Part shown: piece after piece, positions 20,194-30,571 of the stretch | Position numbering within the stretch: position 1 is the stretch's first letter | Layout: the number at the start of each line of letters is the position of its first letter | NCBI GenBank assembly: GCA_963706325.1 | Contig: CAVPLT010000005.1 | Coordinates: 224,001-288,000, forward strand | Reading direction: 5' to 3' | Length of the DNA: 64,000 bases | Source of the DNA: an uncultured Nitrospiraceae bacterium | GTDB taxonomy: Bacteria; Nitrospirota; Nitrospiria; Nitrospirales; Nitrospiraceae | The notes under the pieces: generated by a model | Databases searched by the model: none | Told to the model about the DNA's origin: nothing | The model's input: only the letters and a program-made list of their open reading frames with translations | Position numbers and translations under genes: made by a program

Positions 20194-20496
20194 ATGGTGA
20201 CGGTCGCGGTATTGTTCGGCTCGAAGCCAAGCCAGGCAAAGAAAAAGAGGTGGGGCAATTTCTGCGTAGCGGACTTCCACTGGTGAACGACGAGCCCGCA
20301 ACTACGGCCTGGTTCGGCATCCGAATCGGCGCATCGACATTCGATATCTCTGATGCCTTTCCCGATGAGCACCGACGGCAGGCGCATTTGTCCGACAAGG
20401 TCGCCGCAGCGTTGATGGCACAGGCCGGTGATACTTTCCACGCCATCTAGCACCGAGAAGGTCGATGTCTTGGCTGCGAAGCTTCCAGGAAAATGA
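20194..20496 (+). pseudogene. Antibiotic-biosynthesis-monooxygenase (ABM) family pseudogene
   Basis: MVTVA../VRLEAKPGKEKEVGQFLRSGLPLVNDEPATTAWF..DAFPDE..RQAHL..KVAAALM../EKVDVLAAKLPGK* needs two frame changes. Confidence 0.75.
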
Positions 20497-20530
20497 GAAG
20501 CAACGGTGTCCTTGTGGCGCGCTTGGCTAC

Positions 20531-21651
20531 TTAACGTCTGATGGGAATCTCCACGGTCATCTGCGCGGTTTGGGAGGAGTCCTGGCCGACTACGTAGGTG
20601 GCCTGCTCTTGTGCGCCAATTTCATCGGCAGCTATCGATTCGATGAGCAGATTGGCCGCAAACCGATCGAGCATACCGACTTCCTGCATCGTCAGCGGCG
20701 CAAATGGTTTCGGAGACAGACGGACGATGAGACTGAGCAATCCACTCTCTGCCGGTGGGGGCAAGGGGATCTCATTCCGTTTTCCAGCAATCACTTTTAG
20801 TGAGATTTTCCCTGTTTCCTGTGGAGGCCACCACAGGCGAGTGCCGGCAGTGCCGAGGGTTTGGAGAATTTGCAGATAGGCATCCTGATTCGATTCCAGG
20901 CTGATGCGCACCGGCCCAGCGCTTTTGGCTGCGGTGACGGCATCCACCACTCGCTCCCGTCCATCGGTGTCACGCGCCACAAAACTATACCGTAACCCTA
21001 GTGGCTTGGATGAGGCCACTTCTGTTGCCTTACCTGCGGCTGTCAACCGTTTTGCCTGGTCATCCGGGCGAGTGGCCTGGGATGCTGACCCTACCGCGGC
21101 GTTCGAGCCTGACTCAATTCCATTGAACATCGCTCGCGCGCTCTTTCGCTCGACGGATCGGTCGTCCAGCGCATCTTTCTTCGCCGGCGTACGCACGGAA
21201 TCCATGCTTGCTTTCGACTTCAGTGGCGGCTCGACGCTCGAAGGCTGCGGGGGGCTGGATGTGTGCGATACCGGGTCCGCTGGACCATTTTCGGTGGGGA
21301 CTGTGCGGGGTCCTCGCTCCAGACTCTCCTGATACATCTTCGTGCCGAACGCGACGGCAAAGATGACCGCGCAGAGGCCTCCTGCGAAGGCAAGTCCGGC
21401 TGGTCGCCTTAACCAGCCCCTCATGAGAGGGAGCCGCCTGTCGTTGAAGTGCCGGGTTTCCTTACGGCTTGCAGCAGTCGGTCACGCACCAGCGGATCGA
21501 CCAGCCATTCTTTCAGCGCTTGCTCATCGGCGAGGGCATTGGAGAACTGTTGGTCCTGCATGGCGGCTATATAGAGACGGATGCGCTTCTCCGGCACCGA
21601 CGTATCCACGGCGAATCCGCCCAAGAGTTTTTCTAAGTCGCGTTCAAACAT
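20531..21651 (-). pseudogene. Putative anti-sigma-type membrane protein, split by stop/frameshift at ~21421-21424
   Basis: N-part (DLEKLLGGFA..ALADEQALKE) ends GGSLS*; the -1 frame continues GWLRRPAGLA-TM-periplasmic domain; lies directly downstream of a sigma-factor remnant. Confidence 0.55.
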
Positions 21652-21688
21652 GGGACTCCATCTTTCGTGAATCGTTCAATGTCGATGC

Positions 21689-22003
21689 TCAATTGAGTCT
21701 ATGCATTGAACATTCAACATCGGACATTGACCGTCGTCGGTGCGTCAGCGGATGTTCATCAAGCGATTCCTGATTATACTCGCCGCGGCGGAGCGGCTTG
21801 CGATGTGCATCCAACATTTTAAATCGAAGCATTTGAAAGGCCAGCGTAACCAATTCGGTGAGTTCGGTCACGTTCGCATATTTCTCATGCGGGAGGACCA
21901 GCTTTTCTTGGGTGAGGTGCTCAGCTACATCCCTCACTAGACGTGATGTCCCAGAGCTGAAGATCCTTGCGCGGAGATGCGTGAGTATTGTGCTGCGATC
22001 CAT
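21689..22003 (-). pseudogene. Truncated ECF-type sigma factor (region 2 only)
   Basis: LRARIF...VAEHLTQE.L...AFQMLRFKMLDAHRK resembles region 2 (AEDL.QE motif degraded); no region-4 HTH. Confidence 0.6.
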
Positions 22004-22006
22004 GGA

Positions 22007-23029
22007 TCATTGATTCGGCGATCCCGCCGGCTGCACGATCACACCGTCGAACGAACGGAAGTTGAGTCCCAATCCTCGGCAGACCTCGACCTGACGATCG
22101 AAGCGATTCGTCGTGCGAATCATCTTGCTCAACGACCGCAGGCCGACGCGGCCCCAGGCTGCCAGGTGGAACACCGACAGGGGATAGTCGGTGCCGAAGA
22201 GGAGGCGGTCCTGAAGTTCAGGGTGATGTCTGAGATAGAGCAGCATCCGAATCCGGTTGGGAAGCGTGAGGGCGGAGATGTCGGCATAAAAGTTTGGATA
22301 GCGCTGTGCGAACGCATGAAAGGTGGGCAGGAACTTTTCGTACAGCATCAGGCCGTAACTGCAGGCATGGGCCGCAATAACGGTTGTCCCTTCATCGAGT
22401 GCCGTGAGGAGCCGGTCAGGGTCGCCGACGGACTGGTCTTTTCCGATCAGGCTGAACTCGAAACCCACGTGACTCAGCAAGGGAAGCTTCCGCTCTGCTA
22501 GAGCGCGATAGAACGATCTGTATTTCTGGTCGGCTGGATTGAAGTGCTGTGCGTTGGGAAGGACTTTCACCAAGACGGCGCCGGCATCAGCGCAACGATG
22601 GACTTCATCGATCGCATCTTTCCGCTGCGGGTTGATCGAAGGGCCGGCCAAAAATAAGTCAGGGTAGGCCTGGACGGTCTTCAGCACGTACTTATTGCTG
22701 ATGAGGAACTCCGTCTGGTCTCGGTTCAAGATGCCTGCCTGGTCGTAGAAGCCATCCATCCCGAGGAGCACGGCTTTCTGCACATGGCGAGAGGCCCGCA
22801 GCTCGGTTACAAGGTGGTCGAGATATTTCCGGTTGGTTTCTCGCGGGTGAGCAGGAGATAAGTCTTGCTTCCACATCAGAAAACGGAACAACGGGCTCTT
22901 CAGCAGCTTCGGGGAGATGAAACAACCGTTATCGTTGTCCGGCAGTGCCGCGAGATGCACATGACAGTCGATCAGCGGTTTTCCAGGAGATGGTGTCACA
23001 GGATTCACGGGAGACCTGTCACGAGTCAC
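22007..23029 (-). CDS. Amidohydrolase_2-family metal-dependent hydrolase
   Basis: IDCHVH, LSHVG, IAAH, YADISAL, LLFGTDYP. Confidence 0.88.
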   Translation of the reverse strand: MTRDRSPVNPVTPSPGKPLIDCHVHLAALPDNDNGCFISPKLLKSPLFRFLMWKQDLSPAHPRETNRKYLDHLVTELRASRHVQKAVLLGMDGFYDQAGILNRDQTEFLISNKYVLKTVQAYPDLFLAGPSINPQRKDAIDEVHRCADAGAVLVKVLPNAQHFNPADQKYRSFYRALAERKLPLLSHVGFEFSLIGKDQSVGDPDRLLTALDEGTTVIAAHACSYGLMLYEKFLPTFHAFAQRYPNFYADISALTLPNRIRMLLYLRHHPELQDRLLFGTDYPLSVFHLAAWGRVGLRSLSKMIRTTNRFDRQVEVCRGLGLNFRSFDGVIVQPAGSPNQ

Positions 23030-26000
23030 GTTTCTCCAATCGCTCCATCGCGATACGTTTGAGTGCGCGCAGGTCCAGCTTGCCGGTGCCTAACACCGGC
23101 AATGCGTCGACCTTGATGAAGTGGCTGCGCGAGGGCATGAACAAGTTCGGCAGTCCACCGGCGGCCGCTTTGGCGATGAGCTGCGGAATGACACTTTCAT
23201 CGAGTGTGTGAAGCACGGCGAGTTGTTCGCCGCGGCGGTCGTCCGGCACACCGGTGACCGCGCACATCTGTAATTCTTCGCCAGACGCCAGTTGAAGAGC
23301 CTCTTCCACCCGCCGGTGAGGCACCATTTCTCCGCCGATCTTGGAGAACCGTGAGAGACGATCAGTGATGGTGAGAAACCCATCGTCGTCGAGAGTGGCG
23401 ATATCTCCGGTGATATACCAGCCGTCGCGGATGACCTGGGCCGTCAAATCCTCATGACCGAGATAGCCGCTCATGACATTCGGTCCTTTGACGAGCAACA
23501 TGCCCGGCGTATTGGGTGCAAGCAATTCGAAGCTGTCCGGATCGACGATACGGACGGAGACACCGGGGAGCGGTCGCCCGACCGTTCCACGCCGAGAGGC
23601 CGGTTGGAAAAACCCGGTGGCCCGAAAATCGGGGCAGTTCACCGCAATGACCGGCGCGCATTCCGTGACGCCATAGCCTTCGATAGGGCTGATGCCGAAC
23701 CGGTCTTCGAAGGATTGGCAGAGTCGAAGGGGCAGTTTCTCCGCTCCCGTCAAGACCACTCGAAGGGTGCTGAACTGTTCTGGTGTACAGCGACGTTGGT
23801 AGAGCTGCAGAAAGGTCGGCGTGCAGACCAAAAAGGAGAGGCGATATTTGGCGCAAAGATCTCCGATCGCCGTGACATCGAGCGGGGACGGATGAAAGAC
23901 GGTCGCCGCGCCATTGAGGGTGACGTACCAAAACACTAAATAACCAAAGGAGTGGAAGAGCGGGAGGATACCCAAGATCCGATCCTTCGCATCCAGGGGC
24001 AGCACCTGCGAGACGGCTTGCACATTCGCGTCGATGCTGAAATGCGAGAGCATGACTCCTTTCGGTTCGCCCGTACTGCCGCTGCTGAAAATGATGGTGG
24101 CGAGGTGGTCCATCGTCACGCGTTCGCGCTGCCCGCAGGCTATTTCGATGATCCGAATCGGGGCGAGGAGAGCTAGAGTCGCTGCCATGGCCTTCTGTGG
24201 ACCGCCGATCGTGGGGGCAATGTCTTCCAGCCAGAGGATCGTCGGGCCGTCCGGCAGTTCCAACTGGGCCTTTTCCACGAACTTGCGGCTGGTGACGATC
24301 GTGCGGAGTTGCGCCTGGCGCACCGCCGATTCGAGGCCGTGCTTGCCGACGGTATAGTTGAGATTGACGCTGGTACGGCCAGCCAATGTCACGGCGACAT
24401 TGGTCAGGGCTCCAGCGACTGTGGGCGGCAGCAAGAGGCCCACATGTGGCTGATCCTGCCAATGTGTTTTCAGCGCTCGAGCTAAGGCAATGGAGCCGAT
24501 CAGGGCTTGGAGACAGGAGACGCTGCGGCTTCGTCTGATCGGCCATCGCAAGACGAAACGGGTGCCGACGCATGGCCTTGATGAAGGCACGGTGCAGGGG
24601 ACGCCGATCGGATTTGCGCAACTGCCAGGCCGCTTCACCGAGTTCCAATACAAGACGGCGGAGTTCGTGCGCCGGTGTGGTGGAGGGAACGGGCTTTCCA
24701 AATGAGACGGTGACAGGATAGGGAATGCGCTCTGGCCATTTCGTCAGGAACCGGCCGCCGACAAAACTGAAGATGCTCCCCCATACCCGATCCAGGTGGA
24801 CCGGGACGACGGGGACCTCGCGGCCCTTCACGATCCGTTCGAAACCGCGACGAAAAGGCAGCAGGTTGCCGGTGCGAGTGATTTGGCCTTCTGGGAAGAT
24901 GCAGACCAGGTCGCCCGCATCGAGGGCTTTGCCGGCCTCGCGCAACGCCTTCAAAATGACGCGAAGACCGCCTGATGACGAGATAGGAATTACATGCAAG
25001 GCCCGCATGAAGGGTTTGAACAGCCGATGGTTGACGTATTCCGCATCGACCACGAATCGAATGGGGCGATCGAGGCTGGCGATCAACAGAAAGCCGTCGA
25101 TGAAGGAGATGTGATTGGGAACCAGCAGCGCCCCGCCGGTTCCCGGGACCTGTTCTTGTCCGACGATGCGGAGGCGGTAGATCGTATTGGTGAGCAACAC
25201 GAGCATGAAGCGAAGAAATGTTTCAGGCATGAGCCACATTGCCCAGGCCGTACCGAGCGTCGTGGCAAGGGCGGTAGCGAGGAAGATGCCGACGGTGGAG
25301 AGCCCGGCGTTCGCCAAGAGACCGCCGCTCAGCGAGCCCAGTAGAATGCCGGTAAAGACACAGATGTTTTCCAGAGCGATGACTGATCCCCGCCGATCAT
25401 CTGGGGCCCGCCACTGGACCAAGGCGTTGATCGGAATGAAAATGAGCGCGCTTGAGATGCCCAGCGCGATCATCAGCGCGAGAGTGCCGCTGAAGGGCGG
25501 CGCCGACCAGCCGAGGATCAGGAGGAACAGGGCCACACCGGCAGCTCCTAACGGGACTAACCCATATTCCACACGAGAGCGCGAGAGCCGACCGACGACG
25601 ATCGCGCCCAGCCCGATGCCTACGGAGATCAAGGCCGAGGGAACGGTGGCCAGCGCGTCCGAGAGGCCGAGCACCGCCTTGGCATAGACCAGGACGTTCT
25701 GCACCACCAGACTCGCGATGGTCCAGAAAAAGACTGCGCCGGTGATGGCGAGACGCAACAGGCGATCGACGCGTAACGCCGAGAGCGCACCCCGCAAGGT
25801 ATCGAAGAGGCCGCCGGCCATGCGGGCCGGAGGGACCTGCGGCACTGCCCAAGCTGCCGCAAACCCGACCAGTGCGAGGAGGGTCAGTGCGAGGGGAGCG
25901 ATCCACGGACGTTCCCCCGCGCCGGCCAACAGGAAACCGCCGGCTGTGGTGCCCGTAAGAATGGCCAGGAACGTGAAGAGTTCCAGAACACTGTTTCCGC

Positions 26001-26460
26001 GCGCCAGTTGGTCATGCCGGAGCAACTCGGGGAGAATGCCGTATTTGGCCGGACTGAAAATGGCGCTGTGGACGCCCATGCCGGCGAGCACGACCATCGC
26101 CCAGAGACCACCCGTGGGGTGGGAAAGCAAGGCCAGTGTGGCGCTGGTCATCAGCAGAACTTCTACTGCTTTCATCGTGATGATGACCGTCCGTTTGCTG
26201 ATGCGGTCGGCAAAAAATCCTGCGACAAATGAGGTCAGGACCAGCGGCAGAGTGAAGACGACCATGGCAATTGTCGTTTGAGATTGGGACGCCGTCTCGA
26301 GTTCTTGCCCCGGGGAAAGAGTGGATGTCACCGCTCTGATACCCAAGAGCGCCACCATGAATTTCCAGGCGTTGTCATTGAAGGCACCGCAGAATTGCGC
26401 GAGCAGGAGCCCGCGTAGCGGAAGACGAATCGGTTGTGAGGTGTCAGGCTGAGGGTCGAT
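23019..26460 (-). pseudogene. aas: Aas-type fusion (MFS/LplT + acyltransferase + acyl-ACP synthetase), +1 frameshift at ~24524
   Basis: MFS (FNDNAWK, FSPAKYGILPE) and PNHISFIDG/FPEGQITRTG in one frame; IFSSGSTGEPKG, EGYGVTE, GWYITGD, RFSKIGGE in the next. May be a sequencing error rather than a true pseudogene. Confidence 0.8.
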
Positions 26461-26540
26461 CTGAGGCTCCTTTGCGTGCGTCAGGGGTAATTCCGGAGCG
26501 AGGCCCCAGTCTGCCGAAACGTTGGACGTGATGCAATTGT

Positions 26541-28424
26541 TTATCGCGGTGGGATCGAGACAGGAACTTCTACCGGCAACCCCTCCAGTGCCATGATCCG
26601 GAGGGCGTTGGTGGTGGGACAAGGACCTGGCCTCAGACGATAGTCGAAATGCAGCGCCCCCTCGGCGACGGTTTCCTGAAAGTGCACATTCGTCACGCCG
26701 GGGAGCTGCCGTTCCAGTTCAGCCAGCTCCAAATCGTGGGTCGTCACCAAGCCAAACCCGTTTCCTCCAGCGAGTGTGGCGATGAGCGCGCGGCCTCCGA
26801 TGAGGCGCTCCCGGTTATTGGTACCTTTGAAGACCTCGTCGATCAGCCAGAGCACCGGAGGTCCTTGCGTATCCTGTGCGCAATCCAAAATGGTCTTGAG
26901 CCGTTTCACTTCGGCATAGAAGAACGAGAGGCCGCCGTCGAGCGAATCATCCACGCGAATGCAGCTGCCGATCCGCACGAGCGACCAGCGAAACGATTCG
27001 GCGCAGACAGGGCCGCCCGCCTGCGCCAGACAGGTATTGATGCCAATGGTTCTAAGAAAGGTGCTCTTGCCGGACATGTTGGAGCCCGTCACCAGAAAAA
27101 TACGGCCTCGCCCCCTTAGCAGAACGTCATTGCCGATGCGTCCCGTCTCGGGAATGAGCGGATGGGCCAGCTTCACTGCGTCGAGGATCGGCCAATCGCC
27201 GTTTGCGGGCTGGGACTTATCCGGCTGGGACAGCGAGGGCCAAGGATAGTCAGGATGCAGATAGGCAAAGGTGGCCAGGGAAGCCGCCGCGTCCAATTCG
27301 GCCAACGTTTCGAACCAGAGCGGCGCGATGGCGGCAATTTGGTCCTGCAATTGTTGCAGACGGTAGGTGTGCACGAGGTCCCAGGGGCCAATGGCATTGA
27401 TGAGGTAATGGACCAATGGATGCGCCCGCACGCTGAGCCGATTCATGATGGAGGCGGCCTGCTTAAGTGCGGCGGATGGCCTGGTGTGTTGTTCCAGGAG
27501 CGGGCGACAGAGTATGCCCAACTGCGGGGACGTGCGATAAGAACGCCGTTCTAGATAACCGAGGACGGCGCTGAGTCGCTCCAATTGCCGGTGTAAGGAC
27601 TGGGCATGGTCGAAAATTTCTTCGGACCGGCTGCGGACGGAAAGGAACAGGAAGGCATAGAGCCCAAACGACAGCATCCAGTAGTTTCCGATGCCCTGCA
27701 GTAGATCGGCGACTAGGAGTCCTGCCGTGAGGATCGCGAGCGCTGTTTCGGTCACGAGCATGGGCACCAGGCTGGAATTATCCACGCGCTTCTGCAGCAC
27801 TGCGAGCAATCGGCGACCGTCGATATCGGCGTCCTCGACCGCCTGGGCTTCCAACGACAACCGGTCTCTCAGGAGCGAGAGGGGCGTCAATTCACGAATC
27901 AAGGCCTGTCTCGCAGACCATTGCGAGGACTGAGGCGGTTGATCGAAAAACCAGGAGGCCAGTCGTTCCTGCCCCTGCGATGAGATGGTGTGGTCGATCA
28001 GGTGTAACAATGAACGGGGGCCGGCGAGGTCCAGGTCCTTGGCATAGCCATGTCGTTCCGGCACCGCGGCCTGACGGAGCGGAATATCTGCCCAATGGAG
28101 ACGAATGCGCGCCACGTGCGCCTGCTTGATGCGCTGCCAGCGGCGCAGTCGATGCAACCGATCTTCCAGTTTGTTATGATGCCAGGCCAGGATGAGAAAG
28201 CAGACGAAGAAGCTTGCAAGCGCGCCGTTGCCGAGTTGTGTCCAGCCCATCTTGTGGATGATGATAGAAGCCAGGAGCCCGACAGCAAACACTGCAAACC
28301 GCCAGCCGGTGAACCGTTCGCTGAGGCGTCGGCCGGTTGCGTCAAGGCGATCGATCCGGCGCAGGCTACGTAGGAGTCCAAGTTCTCGTGCCGGTGCTTT
28401 GTTCGGCTGGGGATTGGGTTTCAT
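26541..28424 (-). CDS. MutS domain V ATPase with N-terminal TM helices
   Basis: HPLI, VTGSNMSGKSTFLR, LAQAGGPV, SFFYAEV, IDEVFKGTN, TTHDLEL, TTNAL; lacks the mismatch-binding domain. Confidence 0.88.
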   Translation of the reverse strand: MKPNPQPNKAPARELGLLRSLRRIDRLDATGRRLSERFTGWRFAVFAVGLLASIIIHKMGWTQLGNGALASFFVCFLILAWHHNKLEDRLHRLRRWQRIKQAHVARIRLHWADIPLRQAAVPERHGYAKDLDLAGPRSLLHLIDHTISSQGQERLASWFFDQPPQSSQWSARQALIRELTPLSLLRDRLSLEAQAVEDADIDGRRLLAVLQKRVDNSSLVPMLVTETALAILTAGLLVADLLQGIGNYWMLSFGLYAFLFLSVRSRSEEIFDHAQSLHRQLERLSAVLGYLERRSYRTSPQLGILCRPLLEQHTRPSAALKQAASIMNRLSVRAHPLVHYLINAIGPWDLVHTYRLQQLQDQIAAIAPLWFETLAELDAAASLATFAYLHPDYPWPSLSQPDKSQPANGDWPILDAVKLAHPLIPETGRIGNDVLLRGRGRIFLVTGSNMSGKSTFLRTIGINTCLAQAGGPVCAESFRWSLVRIGSCIRVDDSLDGGLSFFYAEVKRLKTILDCAQDTQGPPVLWLIDEVFKGTNNRERLIGGRALIATLAGGNGFGLVTTHDLELAELERQLPGVTNVHFQETVAEGALHFDYRLRPGPCPTTNALRIMALEGLPVEVPVSIPPR

Positions 28425-28453
28425 AGTACCGCTGACGATACTGATAGTCTGAG

Positions 28454-29389
28454 ATGGCGTCAACCACCAAGACAGATCATCTTACTTCCGGCGATTCACG
28501 CTCGCCGCTCCCTGGCAACTGGATTCAGGTCGATGTACTGATTTCGCTCGATGCTGGGGAGCTTCTCGGAATCCTAGATGACCCGGCTGTCACGGGAGCA
28601 TGGCAGGAACCAGACTGCATACACCTCTATTGGCCCGCCGACCGCTGTGGACCAGACACGTGGCAGGGCCTTCGACGGGCGCTGACACAGCTTGGTCATC
28701 ACGAACCGGACCGCGCCATCACGATCAATGACCTAGCCGATCAAGATTGGAATGCTCAGTGGACGCGATTGGTCGAGCCGATCAGGATCGGACGAGTGAT
28801 CATCAGGCCAAGTTGGAAAGAAACGGCGGTGAACCCTGGTGACCTCGAATTGGTCCTTGACCCCAAGCAGGCGTTCGGTACAGGTCATCACGCGACGACG
28901 CAACTCTTGATCGAATGGCTACAGGAGATGGTAGCTCCGAGCGATCGCGTACTCGATATGGGAACCGGGAGTGGACTATTGGCCATGGTCGCGCTAAGAC
29001 TCGGTGCGGCAGAGGCGCTGGGTGTGGATGTCGACCCTGTCGCCATCGACTGTGCGCGTGACTATGCTCAGGTCAACGGTTTCGATCAGCGGCTGACTTT
29101 GTCTGTGGGGAACGCGAAAGGGGAGCAGTGGCATGACGCGTTCGCGCCTACATTGGTCCTCGCGAATTTGGATCGACAGACCTTGCTGGATGCCGGCGAG
29201 GCCCTTTGCCGCTATGCCGCCGGCGGCGCGCGCCTGCTCCTGTCCGGTCTGTTGGTCGAACAACGGGCGGAGATCGAAGCTGCCTATGGGTCTCACGGAG
29301 TTTATGTGAAGGCCGCGCGGGTACGCGATGGTTGGGTTGCGCTCGAAACGATCGGTATGGAATCTTGCGAGGGAGGCTTGTGTTCCTGA
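28454..29389 (+). CDS. prmA: Ribosomal protein L11 methyltransferase
   Basis: QDWNAQW, DPKQAFGTGHHATT, VLDMGTGSGLLA, LANL, LLLSGL. Confidence 0.9.
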   Translation: MASTTKTDHLTSGDSRSPLPGNWIQVDVLISLDAGELLGILDDPAVTGAWQEPDCIHLYWPADRCGPDTWQGLRRALTQLGHHEPDRAITINDLADQDWNAQWTRLVEPIRIGRVIIRPSWKETAVNPGDLELVLDPKQAFGTGHHATTQLLIEWLQEMVAPSDRVLDMGTGSGLLAMVALRLGAAEALGVDVDPVAIDCARDYAQVNGFDQRLTLSVGNAKGEQWHDAFAPTLVLANLDRQTLLDAGEALCRYAAGGARLLLSGLLVEQRAEIEAAYGSHGVYVKAARVRDGWVALETIGMESCEGGLCS

Positions 29390-29898
29390 TGGGCGCCATC
29401 AAGCAGCCTGATTCTCCATATGTGCACCAGGTGAGTCTCTCTGACGGGGGCGTGCCGAAACGTGCCGTGCCTGCCGCACAGGTCACAGTTGAGGGATTGA
29501 CCGGAGATCGGCAACGTAACCGCAAGATTCATGGTGGACCAGATCGGGCCGTCTGTCTCTACTCACTGGCCGTCATCGAGGCGTTGCGCGCAGAAGGTCA
29601 TACCATCGGTCCTGGTTCGGCGGGAGACAATCTGACCATCGCCGGGCTCGATTGGGGACGTCTTAGTCCGGGCGACCGTCTCAATATCGGCGATCATGTG
29701 CAGCTGGAGATTATGAGTTATACGACACCCTGCCGATTGAACGGCCAGTGGTTTACAGATGGAGACTCGACGAGAATGAGTCAGGAGACGTACCCGGGAT
29801 GGAGCCGCCTCTATGCGCGAGTCTTGGTCGAAGGGGAGATCAGGGCCGGGGATCCGGTCGTGCTGCACGACTCCCGCACGGCAAAGGCTGTGGAATGA
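29389..29898 (+). CDS. MOSC domain protein (YiiM-like)
   Basis: GGVPK, GLTGD, HGGPDRAVCLY, GDNLT, TPC, LYARVL.EG; TGATG overlap with prmA. Confidence 0.88.
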   Translation: MGAIKQPDSPYVHQVSLSDGGVPKRAVPAAQVTVEGLTGDRQRNRKIHGGPDRAVCLYSLAVIEALRAEGHTIGPGSAGDNLTIAGLDWGRLSPGDRLNIGDHVQLEIMSYTTPCRLNGQWFTDGDSTRMSQETYPGWSRLYARVLVEGEIRAGDPVVLHDSRTAKAVE

Positions 29899-30554
29899 AG
29901 CGTGTACTTGAAGCTGAACTGATGGATGATGTGGAGCAGGCTAGGGCCTATGCGCGAGCTGATTTCGCCGACGAGAATCAGGGATTCGTCGATCGGTTTC
30001 GAGAATATTTTCCTGATTGGACCGGCGGGCATGTACTCGATGTGGGATGTGGGCCTGCGGATATCCCCATCCGTTTTCTCCGCGCTTTTCCCAATGCGCG
30101 AGTCACGGGCGTGGATGCCAGCCGTCCTATGCTGGATCTGGCGTCGGAGTCCGTGGCTGAAGCCGGCTTGGCGGACAAGGTGACGCTGCGCTGTGAGCGG
30201 TTTCAAGCGCTGACCCTGCCGGATCAAGCGGATGCTCTTCTGTCCAATAGTCTGTTACACCATGTTTCGAATCCGCTCCAGTTCTGGTTTCACCTGAAAC
30301 AATGGGCGAAGCCGGGAGCCTGTATCCTGATTATGGATCTGCTGCGGCCGGAATCTCCCGAAGCAGCGCGTTCCTTGGTCGATCAGTATGCGTCTGGCGA
30401 AGATCCTCTCCTGAAGCGGGATTTCTTTAACTCATTGTTGGCGGCGTTCACAGAAGATGAAGTCGCGTCACAACTGGCGCAAATGAATCTCTCCCGTCTT
30501 TTGATCGACGTTCCGGACGATCGCCATTGGGTCGTCGGTGGCGTGATACTCTAA
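29895..30554 (+). CDS. Class I SAM-dependent methyltransferase
   Basis: VLDVGCGPAD, TGVDAS, SNSLLHH; ATGA overlap. Confidence 0.88.
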   Translation: MKRVLEAELMDDVEQARAYARADFADENQGFVDRFREYFPDWTGGHVLDVGCGPADIPIRFLRAFPNARVTGVDASRPMLDLASESVAEAGLADKVTLRCERFQALTLPDQADALLSNSLLHHVSNPLQFWFHLKQWAKPGACILIMDLLRPESPEAARSLVDQYASGEDPLLKRDFFNSLLAAFTEDEVASQLAQMNLSRLLIDVPDDRHWVVGGVIL

Positions 30555-30571
30555 TTCCTCTATCGACTGTC

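Noticed and set aside
23452..24520. C-terminal ~350 aa of the 1056-aa ORF as a novel domain
   Set aside because: It is out-of-frame translation after the aas frameshift
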